Shown here piece after piece: positions 38,516-51,494 of a stretch of 64,000 nt of DNA. Position 1 is the stretch's first letter, and every line of letters begins with the position of its first letter. The notes beneath the pieces were generated by a model, which was not told the DNA's origin, ran no database searches, and worked only from the letters and a program-made list of their open reading frames with translations. A program made the position numbers and the translations under genes. The stretch lies in NCBI GenBank assembly GCA_973851085.1, contig OZ316776.1, forward strand, positions 6,758,001-6,822,000, written 5' to 3'. This DNA is from Ptychomitrium polyphyllum. Taxonomy: Eukaryota.

Positions 38516-39449
38516 TAACAGGACGAAAGCAGTGAGCCTTGATTCTCTTCCATGCCGGTCGTGAGCTGCCGTGAGTAAATTAAACAAAAGAAATGCATGA
38601 AACTTGGAGTTGGAGGTCGAGGAAATGCCTTGGTTCCTATAAGTATGCAGGCTAGGTGTATGTGTGATACAATATATGAACATCTATTAGCTGAATCCTG
38701 AGGTTGCTCAGGGAGGACACTCCTAGTAAATTGTATGGATCTGATTGTCGATGTTACAGCAATGTGTGATCACATGTAGAGTTCTGTTTATCTTCGTGCT
38801 ATGGAGTTCATTCAGTATGAAAGTGGCCAGAGAGAGTGACTGTATGTTCAAACAGTGTGCCTTCATGCAGTGGAACACAAATTCTGCAAAAGAATGACCT
38901 TCGCCGCTAGCAAAATAGACTCATGCATAGTATTTATCGTTGTAGAATTTCATAAAACCGTCTAACTTCTGTGCGTTCACCGATCCTTGATCAAAATTCG
39001 TTACGGTTGAGGAATTACTTGGATCAGAAAGCTCGTGCTAGAAAATGAATGCACGTTCGGAAAGATATCCATGACGGTCTGTGCAGCCACTGTGGAAACA
39101 AAGTTTAACCAGTGGGACAGAGTAACAGCCCAAACGGTGGCTCCACCATCTTGGACATAGCCATAGCCAAACGAATTGGAGAAGCTTCTCTAAATCCCAG
39201 CTGCCGCTGCAAGACTGCAACATAATCCAGGTCAGAATCACCATCTTGGTAACTGAAGTGAAACGCAGTGTCAGCATCTGAAGGCTCTTCATCACTGGGC
39301 ATATTATAAATATTTCAGAAAGTGCTAAACTGGCAAAATCATATGCTCTAGTGGAACTCCAGATTTCTTCAATCATTGTGAATAACCCTCTCACAAAAAT
39401 TGTCATCCATAGTTTTCACAAGGCATAGAGTAGCAGTGGAGAGGTACTC

Positions 39450-42400
39450 TTTCTTCTAACAAATGGTGGACTCTTAATTAATCTAGGATATTACCTAAAA
39501 TTCAAATCCAGAATGCAAGTCAAGAATCTAAGATTTGTGATTTGTAGGTAAATATAATTTTGAACACGTGGCATTGGAACATTAAGAACATGATATTCTT
39601 AACCTTATGTGCAATAGACTTTTGGAGCATTTTCTTTAAAGTCAAAGTATAGGATATTTTAATACATCATTGATGCTAATATGTGCTTAATGCATACTTT
39701 CTATTTTCTAAAATTTACTACATTAACTTTTTAACTATTGCCATGGTGCCTGTTAAAAATATTTGCAAAGAATATTGGCTTGGTCAAAGTTAAATTTTGG
39801 ACCAATCAAAGGAAACATTTGAAACTCTAGGACCTTTAGGGATTATGAACTAAGAATGTTATGAGTATTGCCTAAGATTTTAAAGTTCTTGTGCATTGTT
39901 TTCAATTTGAAAGAAATAATAGTATATACACTAGGCTATAAAAAAATAAAAATATAGGAGGAAAAAAATATTCATAGTAATTTTTAGTTAGATGATTGTA
40001 CACCATGATGAATAATATTGGCACATTATTTCACTTCTTTTTCAAGTTTTAAATTTTGTATACACTATAATATGTAATTAATTGTTTTAATGTTGTAATG
40101 ATGCAAGCTTATGTTAATACATGCAAAAGAAATGTATACATTCAATTGCAAGGAAGACATTGAATAAAATATATGATGTATTTTATTTTAATGCTGAAAG
40201 GTTTTGCAAATTTTCTTTTCATTTTCTAATATTTTCAAAAAATATCCTTCATTATATTAATATATAAATAATTTACAACATATTGGAATAAAATTTAGTC
40301 TTTCAACTAACATAAGGCTTGTTAAACAAAATAACAAGAAAGTTGTTCCAATCTAGTATTACAATTATTTATTAGTACTCATTTAAATTGATCACCAGAT
40401 ACACATCATTCATAAACTCTAAGCTTTATAAAACATAAAATAATTTTACTTTCTTGGATAGTTGTGTTTGCCAAGAAATACAAATAAGGATGTCTTAAAA
40501 TAAACTTTAAATATCATGTACATTTAATAATCATTGTTATATAAGTTTAATTATAAATGATCACATCTAAGGTTCCTTTTAACAAAAAAGAAATCCACAT
40601 TTGAAATTTTTTGCTAGGAAATAATGATTTAAAATTTAATAATCTACAATTATTATGCTTGCAAAAGACAAATTTCGTTTGAAAATACCTTTTTATAAAA
40701 AGGTTTACAATAATTTTTATCTTATTTCTTTGAAGGTTTAAGTTTTAAAAGACTAGATCCTAAAATGAAGGCAAACATCCTTTAATTATATAGATGACAC
40801 CATTCAACTTACTTCCTTTTTGTCAACTAGGTTAAATATGTTTTGAAATGTAAAATGTTTATTATAAGGCCATTTGGAAATTATTAAGGCATAACATGTT
40901 TCAAAAGTTGAAGCAAATTACCTTCATTTTGAAAGATAAAAAATAAAGAATAAATAATTTCATAATAATATTTGTTTTTTCTTAACAAAATTATATAAGG
41001 AAAAAATTTGAACACAAAAATAATAATTATTGGATTTGACTCAATTGGTTGTTACTACATATAAAATGAAGGTTAAATTGCCCAAATTACAATACAAAGA
41101 AGGTCAATTATTTCCTACCAATAGTTTAATCCAATTAGGAATATTTTACAATTTTAGTGTAGATTAACTTATAAGATTAAGGTGATGATTTATAATTTAT
41201 AATAATTAAATTTTTATTTGTATTTTTTTATTCTCCATTAAATATGACCCACTTTCTATGTCAAATTGATTAACATTCTATTAAGTCTCTTTTAATTGCA
41301 AACTCCAAATTGATTGTTTCATTAAGATTATATATTTTAAGCCTTAGCACCATTAATGCTCATTTTGCAATCTCCAATTATATTTTAAGCCTAATATGGC
41401 ATTATTTATTTAATTTCAATAATATAATAATTTCTTTTTCCAAATTTGAATTAAATTTTGTTCCAATTAATTATTGTTTATAAGTTACATAATTAATTCT
41501 TACATAATTATACAATTACATTTTTTTCATAGAGATTTTTTTAATTTTTCTAAAATTTGATTTTTCTATTGTATTGCTTTCCTAGCATCTCATAATTGTC
41601 TGTTATTTTATATTACACCATTTATCTACATCCCATTGGCTAAAGAATACCACAAATACGTCCAATAATCAATTTTGAACATATTCATCATATTGTAATT
41701 TTACTCCAATTGATAATCTTCTCATTCTCAAATTCTTGATAGATTATACAACTATTAGCAATAGCATTTTATTGTATAAATCATCATTATTAATTGGATA
41801 GTATATCCAATTGGAAAATTAGCATTATCTTCATACTATCTAACTATTACAATTTATAAATGATTCCATTTACATCTTTATAAATTGGAATTGTAATAGA
41901 AAATAATTTATAAATGATTCTATTTATTAATTTATGCAAAAAAAAACTAAAAGAAACCACATATTGGCACTTATCTAAAGATTGACAATTAAGATTTCAT
42001 AAGTTACCTTCAATTTTTTTAAAACATTTTATTAACCACTATAATTCTTAATGATTACTTGACCAAATGGAATAATAATCACTAAAGACTTTGTTTACAA
42101 ATACCACATAAATTGGCAATTAACCTTGGTTATATAGTAAAAATAACTTATAAAATTAATTACCAAAAAAATCTTTCCATAAATGTGAAGAATATGTAGT
42201 AGTGAATGCATGAAATTTAGTGTGATAACTTGATTTGTTACAAATTCCTTTAGATATCTTTAGTGAAATAAGGTTTTGATAATGGATTGTATTTTTTGGA
42301 TGATTGAATTATCCTTTGTAAAGAGGCTATTCATAAGGATCTCTCAAAAATATTACATATGATGTCATCTTCAAATTGGAGAAACCATGTCTAAATAAAC

Positions 42401-42600
42401 TTATGGGTACCTTGCTATATTTTGTACTTCATATCACTTAGGTATGATGACATGATTCCCAGCTATCAATTTGCATGATTTCCATGCATACCTATTTTTG
42501 TTGTCAATTGTCAATTAAATATGTTTACAGCTCCACAATGAAGAATGAAGGAAGACTAATACATATTTGACTCATACATGTATTGAAATATGTGTGCCAA
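39450..42600. mobile_element. AT-rich, CpG-depleted block, probable transposon remnant
   Basis: No ORFs, nearly CG-free; composition only. Confidence 0.35.
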
Positions 42601-43157
42601 TTATAGGGGTGAAGTATGTCCTCCAATCATGAACACAAGGTGCATGAAGGATGTAAAAGCAGGAGTGAGGTTTTGGTTGTGACGAGGACTGCGTTTACAA
42701 ATACCTAGTATCCGTGCAGAAAACGGTTGGGAATCGTTGAGCGATTCTGCGGAAATATTGACACACTCGTAGCAACAAGCTTTAGCAATGCGTTTAACGT
42801 CAATATATCACGCAGGGTAAGGAAGTTGTAGCATATAGCATAGAAGAATTGGAAAACAGAACAAACAAGTTTGTGCAACGATGCGCCTTGAAATATTCTC
42901 AAAGTTATCTCAAAAAAATGCTACAATCTTCAGCAATTGCGTTGAAGATACCAATCTGTATGATCGCTATGATTACACTCGAGCCGGCATTATCTCTCAC
43001 ATCCTATTGTGGATGCGGGATAACTCGAAATAAACCGATCCGTGCTCACAAATCCAAGCTACTATTTACATAACTAATTTGGCAAATCTAAAATGGAACT
43101 CTGCATCCTGCTTGTCAAACCAAATCAAAACTTCATAACCACCAGCGACCTTAGAGT

Positions 43158-44519
43158 CTACGCAGCAGCAGCAAAATCAGAATCTAAGCTTGCAGACAAC
43201 ACAGGCATTGCAATCCCTTGATTTCTAGAAGATTGCACTCCGAAGTGCAACTCAAGCAGGGTGCCGGCATCATCCTCAGACACATAGCTGTGCAATTGCG
43301 TTTGCCCCTCGCTGTTCTTCACACGTACGTTCGGGGCACTCTTGCACTTCCCCATGCACTTGCATGATGTCACCGAAATGTTTGACGACTCGGGAATGCT
43401 CTCTTGCAACGAAGCAAGAATCTGCTGCGACCCTCCCCGTCTGCATTTGCCTACTGTGCAAACTTCAATTTTCCCGCGGATGTTGGCATTCGTAGAAACA
43501 GGAGCAACAATAGAAGGAAATGACGTCGATGCTGTGTCCACAATGACTCTTCCACTGGGTGTCTCCTTCAGCTCGATGGGGCCTCTAGTGTAGATTTCTC
43601 TCGTGTTGGCCGAGGTAGAAGTACTCGCAGTGCTGCACAGTGCTCTGATCTGAGAAACAATCGCAGGCTCCTCCTCTTGAGCGCCACCGCTGGTGCTCAC
43701 GGCGGCAGAAATCCCAGTAGCAATTCGCTCCGCCGAAAGAACCGACGGCTGCATTGAAGAGCTCCACTCCATTCTCGCAGAATCGTGAGAGGAGGCCTCT
43801 ACAGGCGCCATTGCAATTGAATTAACCGGTGGAACAGCCTGAGCAGCAACCGCGAAATGAACCCTCATGTGCCTCCCAGGGCTTTTAGCCTTACGCAGAG
43901 CTCGCATATCCACAGCTTTCCCCATATTACCATCACTAGACTCCGACGACGATGATGAGGAGCTCGAAGACGAAGACGAGCCGCCCTTCTTCTTCTTGCC
44001 CTTGACTTTTAAAGCCTTCACACCCATCATCGCATTCCCAACATCACTCTCACTAGACTCCGATGACGACGACGACGACGAGCTCGAAGAAGACGACGAT
44101 CCATTCTTCTTCCCCTTCTTCGCCTTCACATTCAACGACTCCACCTCCACCTGAAGCTCCCCAAGATTCTTAATTATCCGCTCCAGGACAGGATTGCTAA
44201 TCCCAATCTGAACAGAGCTCTCCGCCTCGTCAAGACCTCCACCCACAGCACCAACCTTCTGCGTCGACAGGAACAAATCTCGCTGCACCTTCACAAGCTC
44301 CTGCACCTTCGCAACGCGCCCCGCCAAACTCTTCTCCTTCTTCCCACACCGCACACCACCCCGATAGAAACTCTCATGACTCCGATTGGCAAACCCCACA
44401 CCACGAGCTCCATACCTCACGAAACTCCGCACCTCCACATCCCCATGAACCAAATGCAAACCCTCCAAGCGCCCCAAATGGGGCGTCATCAAGGTGCCCG
44501 CCATAGCCACAGCCTCCAT
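43158..44519 (-). CDS. DGAT3: Diacylglycerol O-acyltransferase 3-like (soluble DGAT3) with thioredoxin-like [2Fe-2S] domain, single coding exon
   Basis: ATG 44519. FANRSHESFY..RCGKKEK, Lys-rich/poly-Ser SSSSESSESD blocks and KIEVCTVGKCRRGGS..SCKCMGKCKSAPNVRV match the recalled architecture of plant DGAT3. Confidence 0.88.
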   Translation of the reverse strand: MEAVAMAGTLMTPHLGRLEGLHLVHGDVEVRSFVRYGARGVGFANRSHESFYRGGVRCGKKEKSLAGRVAKVQELVKVQRDLFLSTQKVGAVGGGLDEAESSVQIGISNPVLERIIKNLGELQVEVESLNVKAKKGKKNGSSSSSSSSSSSSSESSESDVGNAMMGVKALKVKGKKKKGGSSSSSSSSSSSSESSDGNMGKAVDMRALRKAKSPGRHMRVHFAVAAQAVPPVNSIAMAPVEASSHDSARMEWSSSMQPSVLSAERIATGISAAVSTSGGAQEEEPAIVSQIRALCSTASTSTSANTREIYTRGPIELKETPSGRVIVDTASTSFPSIVAPVSTNANIRGKIEVCTVGKCRRGGSQQILASLQESIPESSNISVTSCKCMGKCKSAPNVRVKNSEGQTQLHSYVSEDDAGTLLELHFGVQSSRNQGIAMPVLSASLDSDFAAAA

Positions 44520-45449
44520 TGATTCCAAACTCCACCAAAATCTTCAAACGACGGTTGCTCTCAACGACCTCCGCCTCAACTCTCTCCGCTACATCAATGC
44601 CTTCTTCCGCGAGACTCACACACATGCCCCATTCAACCTCCATCGCCTGATGCTTTGAAAAAACGCAGAGGCGTCGCCGAATTCGTCACAGCAATGGCGT
44701 GTGCTCGCGCTGCCCCTTCCGCACTTGAACACCTAGCGACACACTTGACTGTGTGTTTTCAGTGTGGCGCGCGCCGGCTTTTCTCGATTCCTATTGGGTG
44801 ATTGCTTATCAGTCCGACGTGGAGGGTACGTGGATGGAATATCGCAGGTTCGGCGCTAGACGACGCTGCCATGTCGGCGCCATGTAGGCGTTGTGGGGTT
44901 GGAGAAGGCTGAGTAGGCGTGCTACGTCGGACGGGTAGCGTGGGTTCGCAGTCAATGGAGCGTGTAGGAAGTGGGACTGGGAGTCTAGGTCGACAACTGC
45001 GACGTCGCGTTTCTGGGGCTCCAAGTTGGTGTTCGCTAGGAGTGCTCAGGCCTTTCACACTAGCAGAAGTAGGCTGCCACTTGCCAGGCTTTAGTCCATG
45101 TGTTGTAGACTAGGTTTATGATCCCTTGATCTTCTGCTGTTGGCTCGTAGGCTGCATTTTTTGCCGCCTTTTCTTCATTTGTCGTTTTTCGGGGCGTTTG
45201 GATAAACTAGGGTTGTTGCACGGGAATAGGATTCAAATTTGTGTTTTTAAAGGTGGTGATGACGCTAAACTACCCATGACCGTGGTGATTGGCTGTTCAA
45301 TTTTTTCACCTTGCTTGGTGGAGAAAAATTATTCTTCTTATTTCATAGATCTTTTAAACTGATAAGTGTGTGGAGGCTGGAGGGAAGAGGCCAGATTACT
45401 AGTAGAAGGATGTGTTACTTGTGTGCATGCCATACTATATTCTTATGTA

Positions 45450-47100
45450 AATGACTAGTGGAGTTTGGATTAATTTGTGATGGTAACGTATGTCTTGCAA
45501 TTGTGGAACATTTGAAATTTAAAAAACTAGAAATATGGTAATTGAAACTAATGCATCAATTTGGTGATTCAAAATGAGAATTCTAGCATGAAAAGTTTTT
45601 CTAGTCATTGTATTGTATTTTATAACTTCACTTTATAACTCATTCTATGAGATTGTAATTAGTAAGTTTTTTAATGGGAAATACAAGTTGATGTAGTTTA
45701 AATTTTGTGATTGGTCAAAAGTGGTTTTTGAAGCCATTAAAATAGAATTATGAATTAATGGTAATAATAGATGTAAAGTTATCTAAGATCATCTTCCATC
45801 ACACATAACAAAAGATAAAAATTAGTATGAAGGTGTAGGCTAAAACATCTTCTACATATACAACAATGTATTATACAAATGTATAAATGTTTGTCTTTAG
45901 AAATCTCAATGAAATATTTCTAATTTTTTTGAAATATATTGATTTTATGATTATATTTTAATCCAAATTTAACAACTCAAATTCAAAGAATTACAACTTA
46001 TTGCATCTATCTTTTAATTAGCATAATGAACACTACAAAGTTATATAATACATACTACATTCTAATTTTTCTAAAGAAATTGAATAATCTTCCAAAGTAC
46101 ACATTTACATCTATAAGATGGACATTTAGGAATTCAAATTTTAAAATTTTAAATGAATACTTGGATGTTGCATACTATACACAAATTTATTTTTAAAAAT
46201 TTAGTTGAGAATTACCTTGGAAAAAAAATGTTTCTTAAATTTAAAAAAAAAAAAATAACTCTAAATTTTGTAAATGAATAACCAAAATGGTTCTTTTTTA
46301 CTAAATTTCAACTTTATATCTATAAGAAGCAAAGCCAAAGTGTATAAAAGAACTTTTTCTTTAATGTCTAATAATGTGAATGGATAAAATATTCAATTCC
46401 TAAAATTATAATCTAACTTGTTATGATTCATAATTTTTATTATTCATGATAAATGAGGATTTCATTAATAAACATTTATCAATCAAAGTTCTTATAAAAA
46501 ATTTAATTTGATTTTTTAAAATACTAAAATTAAATAAATTTTATGATTAGAAGTTGCAAAATGTCCAAATTAAGGTTATTTTTGGTGAAATTTGGCATGA
46601 AGATTGTGGCAAAGGATGATTTATATATTAAATGATACTTTGCATTACTAATAGTATTTAATGTGAACCATAAAACTAAAATAAATTGAATTTTTATACA
46701 ATTACTTGAAGTTATTATATTTATAGAAAAAATATAAATTCATATATTGATAATATATATTATAATAAGCATTTTAAGTTGAAAACACTCTTTTCACTAA
46801 ACTTATAATCCAATGATACGAATGCCTAGAATTTAAGCCACAAGTCTAATGAAATTAGAACAGCTCTCAACAAAATTTGGCAAGTTTGAAATTTATAAAA
46901 AGAATTAGACTTGAAAATGAGCCAATTTTTTTAGAAAAATCAAAGTCTGGTGATATTTTTTGAAATACATATAAAACAGAAAGCACCTTTTATCACATTA
47001 TCAAAAAAAAACTAGATATATAATGATTTTCTCCTATCCCTCTTTTCTTTGTTTTAAAAGAAACTGTAAAATTTGTATTCACAATTAAAATTAAAATTTT
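45450..47100. mobile_element. AT-rich, CpG-depleted block, probable transposon remnant
   Basis: ORF-free, very AT-rich; composition only. Confidence 0.35.
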
Positions 47101-49791
47101 ACTGAAAATGATTTTGCAAAATAAATAGTAGTACGTCTTAACATCGTATTGACTTCCTTCCATTGCACAATGGTTTGGAAATATTACATCCTACTTATGT
47201 GTTCCAATTCTGATGAGAAAGTACTTAATATGGTCAGTTTTGTGACAATAAACAAGTCTTGACATGTTATAGTGCAGGAATCTCACTTTAAGAATAGTTC
47301 AGCTCCGGTTGTTTCTCATGATTAGCAAGGAAGGATTACACTACCGACATCCTTGATTTGGAAACGGTGATAATCTGGAGAAAGGAGAGGATACCTGCAC
47401 GAGAAGGTGATCGTCTTCTATGTATACTCCACGTACTTATGTTCACCAAACGCCGATTTCTGAAAAGAGAATCTGTACTTCTTGCCCTTAAGAGGAATTG
47501 ACAGACTCCTGTCCTGCCTGCTATAGCAAATTACATTCGCATCCGTATCAGCATGCAACGGCGAGGTGACTACGTTCAAGTGAAATGAGCCTTCAGTTGA
47601 GAAAGATAGTCGGAAGTTGCCCCAATCGACTCATTCCAGTGCATCGAGGTCTCTCCACATAAAGAGACAGGCTCATAAAATGGACTAGATTTCCTGCAGT
47701 GCCTTGTCGGAGCATCTGTGGAGAAAACATGGACTCGATCAGTATTCAGAATTTTCCAATTGGAACAGCAGACGCTAATTCCAGAAGTCAGAATCGGCAG
47801 AGGCGAAAGTACTTTGCAAACGGAACAAACTTTGAATCCCAGTCTCCATGCAAGTCCCAACGTCGTGTGACCCGGTCAAGGCGAAGCAGCCACAACATCT
47901 TCACCTAAAAGTTGACTTACTGGATGAGTCCAAATACAGATACCTACAATGTGGACAACGAGATGACATTTTCTCAAAACATGCACAAATTCTCAACCAT
48001 GTCTTGAGACTGCAGTCCTCCAACTAACAAAAACATGCAGCAGGTATACCATCACAAAATGGGTTCAATGCACGACATACAGACCTCAATCCCTCGCAAG
48101 ACCCACCTTGCGTCGGGAGTCGAAAATTAGTGGATGTGAAGGTGTCTTTATGCTCCTTGAAAGCCGAAAAACAATGATCAAGGACCTCGACCATATTCTA
48201 CCTAATTCACGATGGGGCAGTCGACTATCCTAAATTAACCTGGATATTAACGCCTCGTGATGTGTTCGAGAAGAGGATGACGAAGCCGATGAAAGAGATT
48301 CAAACGCGATTCGAATTTACTAGACGGGATCGGCCATGGCGGCCCTGGTCTCACTCCACTGCACCCAATTTGATGCTGTAGTGGAGGGTCGCGTACCTTT
48401 GCGCATCATGATTCCACTACTGCTGCGAAAGAGTTCGAGTGGCGCAATTGCTGGAATTAAATTTTCATGAAATCTTGAAGCAGGCTTTGGAACGTGGCGA
48501 GGATGATCTATGCTCCGCAGCACACAGCGAGGCTAACAGAACTTGGAGTCGTCAAATCTTAGCTAAATTCTCTGTATCTTAGAGAAAACTGGCTAGAATA
48601 TTTTATTTTCTCAACCACATTGTTATCTAGTCTGTGCAACTGACTCATGACCCAAGCTCCACACTTGCGCTCTGGACTTTGTCTATAATCATGTAATGTA
48701 ACAAACTGATGCTCTTTGCACAATTCATCTCGAGAGGGACTAGATGTTGAACTCATCACGTGCGTCTTGTTGAGTTTCGAACTCACAACACAAGTTCACT
48801 GAAATCTGTTGTCATCAGAGGGTAACGCCTTGGTGAATTTTACTGCTCTTGAATTGATCCTAACATTCACTTTTCAGTTTGTGAGGAAGGTTTTTAAATA
48901 AACAAATCTTCAGTCGCCAGGAGGAGATTGAAGTGGCTCGAATCGGTAGCTGCTCCATCGATCGCTCATTGGGCATCGATATAAAGGCGATTGTGAATGC
49001 TACAGCACATGTGATAGATACATGATACGTCTAAGTTTATTCATTTGCCCTCCGTACATTTTCTTCAGTGAGGATGATACCTTCGTTCTAGGGTAGTTTG
49101 ATTATTGTGAAGAATCTTCCCTCTTGGAGTTTCCATTGTGTCAACGTGATGTGTGGAGGATTATTGGATTCAAGTTCAGAAATGTGGGATCAAAGCTCGT
49201 GGAGGTAGCATATTGACAAGGCTCCAGATTGCAATACAGCAACTGGTGACATCCAGATATCGAACTCATAGACGCTGATGGCAATTTTTTGGACAGCTGA
49301 AGATCAGACAGGCCAGTTCGTCATAGATTTTCTTCTGCGACCGTGCGACTTCATATTTGTAATTAGCCAGTAGGTGTCTATACATCCCGAAGGACAACTT
49401 GCTTTCAGAGTTCGTCTTTCGTTCTCTACTCTACAGAGAGTCTTCGACCATGAGGTATTGAAAGACTTATAATAATCTGCAGACACCTTCGCCGTTGTGC
49501 TACACTCGTCTCTGACAAGCGCCATAGCTAACTAATTTGCTGGCAGACTGAGTATTCGACCCCGCAGCTGCTGCTTCATCAAGCATCACTGTTATCAAGC
49601 CAGTTCTAACGCATGATGACCCTGCCTTGGAAAATTTGCAACTCGGCTTTGTCGGATGGTGGACAACGCAACTCGAAGGCATCTTTACAAAAAATGGAGT
49701 AAGAAATGGGTACAAACTGTAAATGAAATGGCAGAGATTCCACGATGCATTTGAAGATTGTTCCGCATTCTCCTTTAGTAATAGTCAAAAA

Positions 49792-51494
49792 TTATGACTG
49801 CACTGTCAAGCCACCATTTGCGGATGCTGACTGCGGATGATTGTGTTCGCCTTCGTAGGTGACAATCAGCATTGTTGAATCCTCCATCGATCGCTCCACA
49901 TGTTTCCTAGCTGGGCAGCCTCGAATGCTGCTGCACTTGTAGTATCCTCTGCACATTCCAAATTAGCACTAATTGAGTACTAATTCGTATTAACCTTGCA
50001 TTTTTATTAATGATCGCTCTCAGCAAAAAATGAGAGATCAGCAACTGATTATAAATTTTTCATTGATGTCAGGCTTAGATACCTTGGATGCGGGGAGCCC
50101 TTGATCGGCTTCTGTCCATACTTGCGCCATGAATAATCATCTGGAGGTATGTCAGCCAACTTGCTGCTAATTGCTCGCACTGTAATCGTTCTCTTCAACC
50201 GCAATTTCCTGTTGTCAAGATAGTTGAACTCAATTTATTCAGCTTGATTATTTTCACCACAAACCCCATAAAGCATTGGTTTGCATGGTGCATAAGGATG
50301 TGCAGGGTATGTAACGCATGGATTCAATACCTGCGTTTGGAACAATGGCAGCGACCAAGGATGGCACATGTTGCACCATTCTCGTCAGAGTTGCCGGTGC
50401 ATTTCTTTCTGGAATTTGCAACGGGGCGAGGAGGCAACACCACTGATTTCCCAGCATTCTGATTATTATCCCCTATCCTATCCACACTTGTCATGGTTGA
50501 AAACGAAACCGTGGTGGCTGACTGAGGGGGACCTGAACTCAACGAACTGTCAGGGCTGACCTTCTCCTTGCTGAACCGATGCGGAGGCAGAGCTGGCCGG
50601 TATGCAGGCGTAACCATAGGACGTAATATGTGTTCTGGAAGGTTCTGTTGCAAAGCCGGGTTGTGCACAACCTGATGTGGCTTTGGAGGGATAACTCCGG
50701 AACCACTGGATTTGGACGTCTCACAAGCTGGAGTCTTGTGAGGAATCACCTACAGTTCCAGGAATCACGATCATGTCAGACATGGACACAAGTGCAAAAG
50801 CAAATTGACTGCATTAATTTGTCAAACATGGGCACGAATGTAAATGCAAAAACATTGCGTAACGAAAAAAAACCATTCTGAATCTTCTGGATGTTTTGTG
50901 CTACTTAGTGTCGATTTTCTTCTAAACCGTGAGGACAAAATTTGATTACTGTTGAACCACATTAAATGGACGGAAACGTTTCCAATCCCCAGGGCAGAGA
51001 AATCCATGTCAGGCAAGTTAAGAGCGATCCCAAGCTTTCGCATAACCCGGCCATACCTGGTATACGACCCGTTGTAGTTCAGGAGATTGAGGACGCTTTG
51101 AGGAAGAAGTGGGCGTGAAGGGGGATGGGCCAGAAGAGTTAGAAACGGCTCTACTGTTTTGTGGCGTCTGATCCTGCACTGTGTTATATGTGAAAAAGTT
51201 AGAGCTTTCTAAGAAGACTCCAGCGAAGCCAGCGACGGTGGCGTCGCGAGTTCTCCTGCGAAAGCGAGCATGTCCAGTGCGGCTGAGTAGCGACACCACT
51301 TTCTGGAACTTGGATATGGCAGCGCCGGCCATTACGTCGCATTCCTCGTCTATAACCGGGGGTTGCACCTGCGTCAGGGACTGGAGCAGCCTTCGTGCGT
51401 TTTCGATTCCCATTCTTGCCGCTTCCTTCACTTCGTAGTCCCGGTCCCGCTTTCCCAGAGTGTTGTTGTAATCTAAAACCTCCATTGTTCCCAT
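49792..51494 (-). CDS. WRKY: WRKY transcription factor, group IId
   Basis: Exons 51494-51057, 50749-50331, 50208-50083, 49948-49792. Motifs: [30 protein letters not shown] (CaM-binding region plus HARF), RCHCSKRR|K zinc cluster, [49 protein letters not shown]. Confidence 0.97.

Noticed and set aside
39038..39406. Minus-strand 122-aa and 65-aa ORFs
   Set aside because: No recognisable homology or convincing splice pattern.
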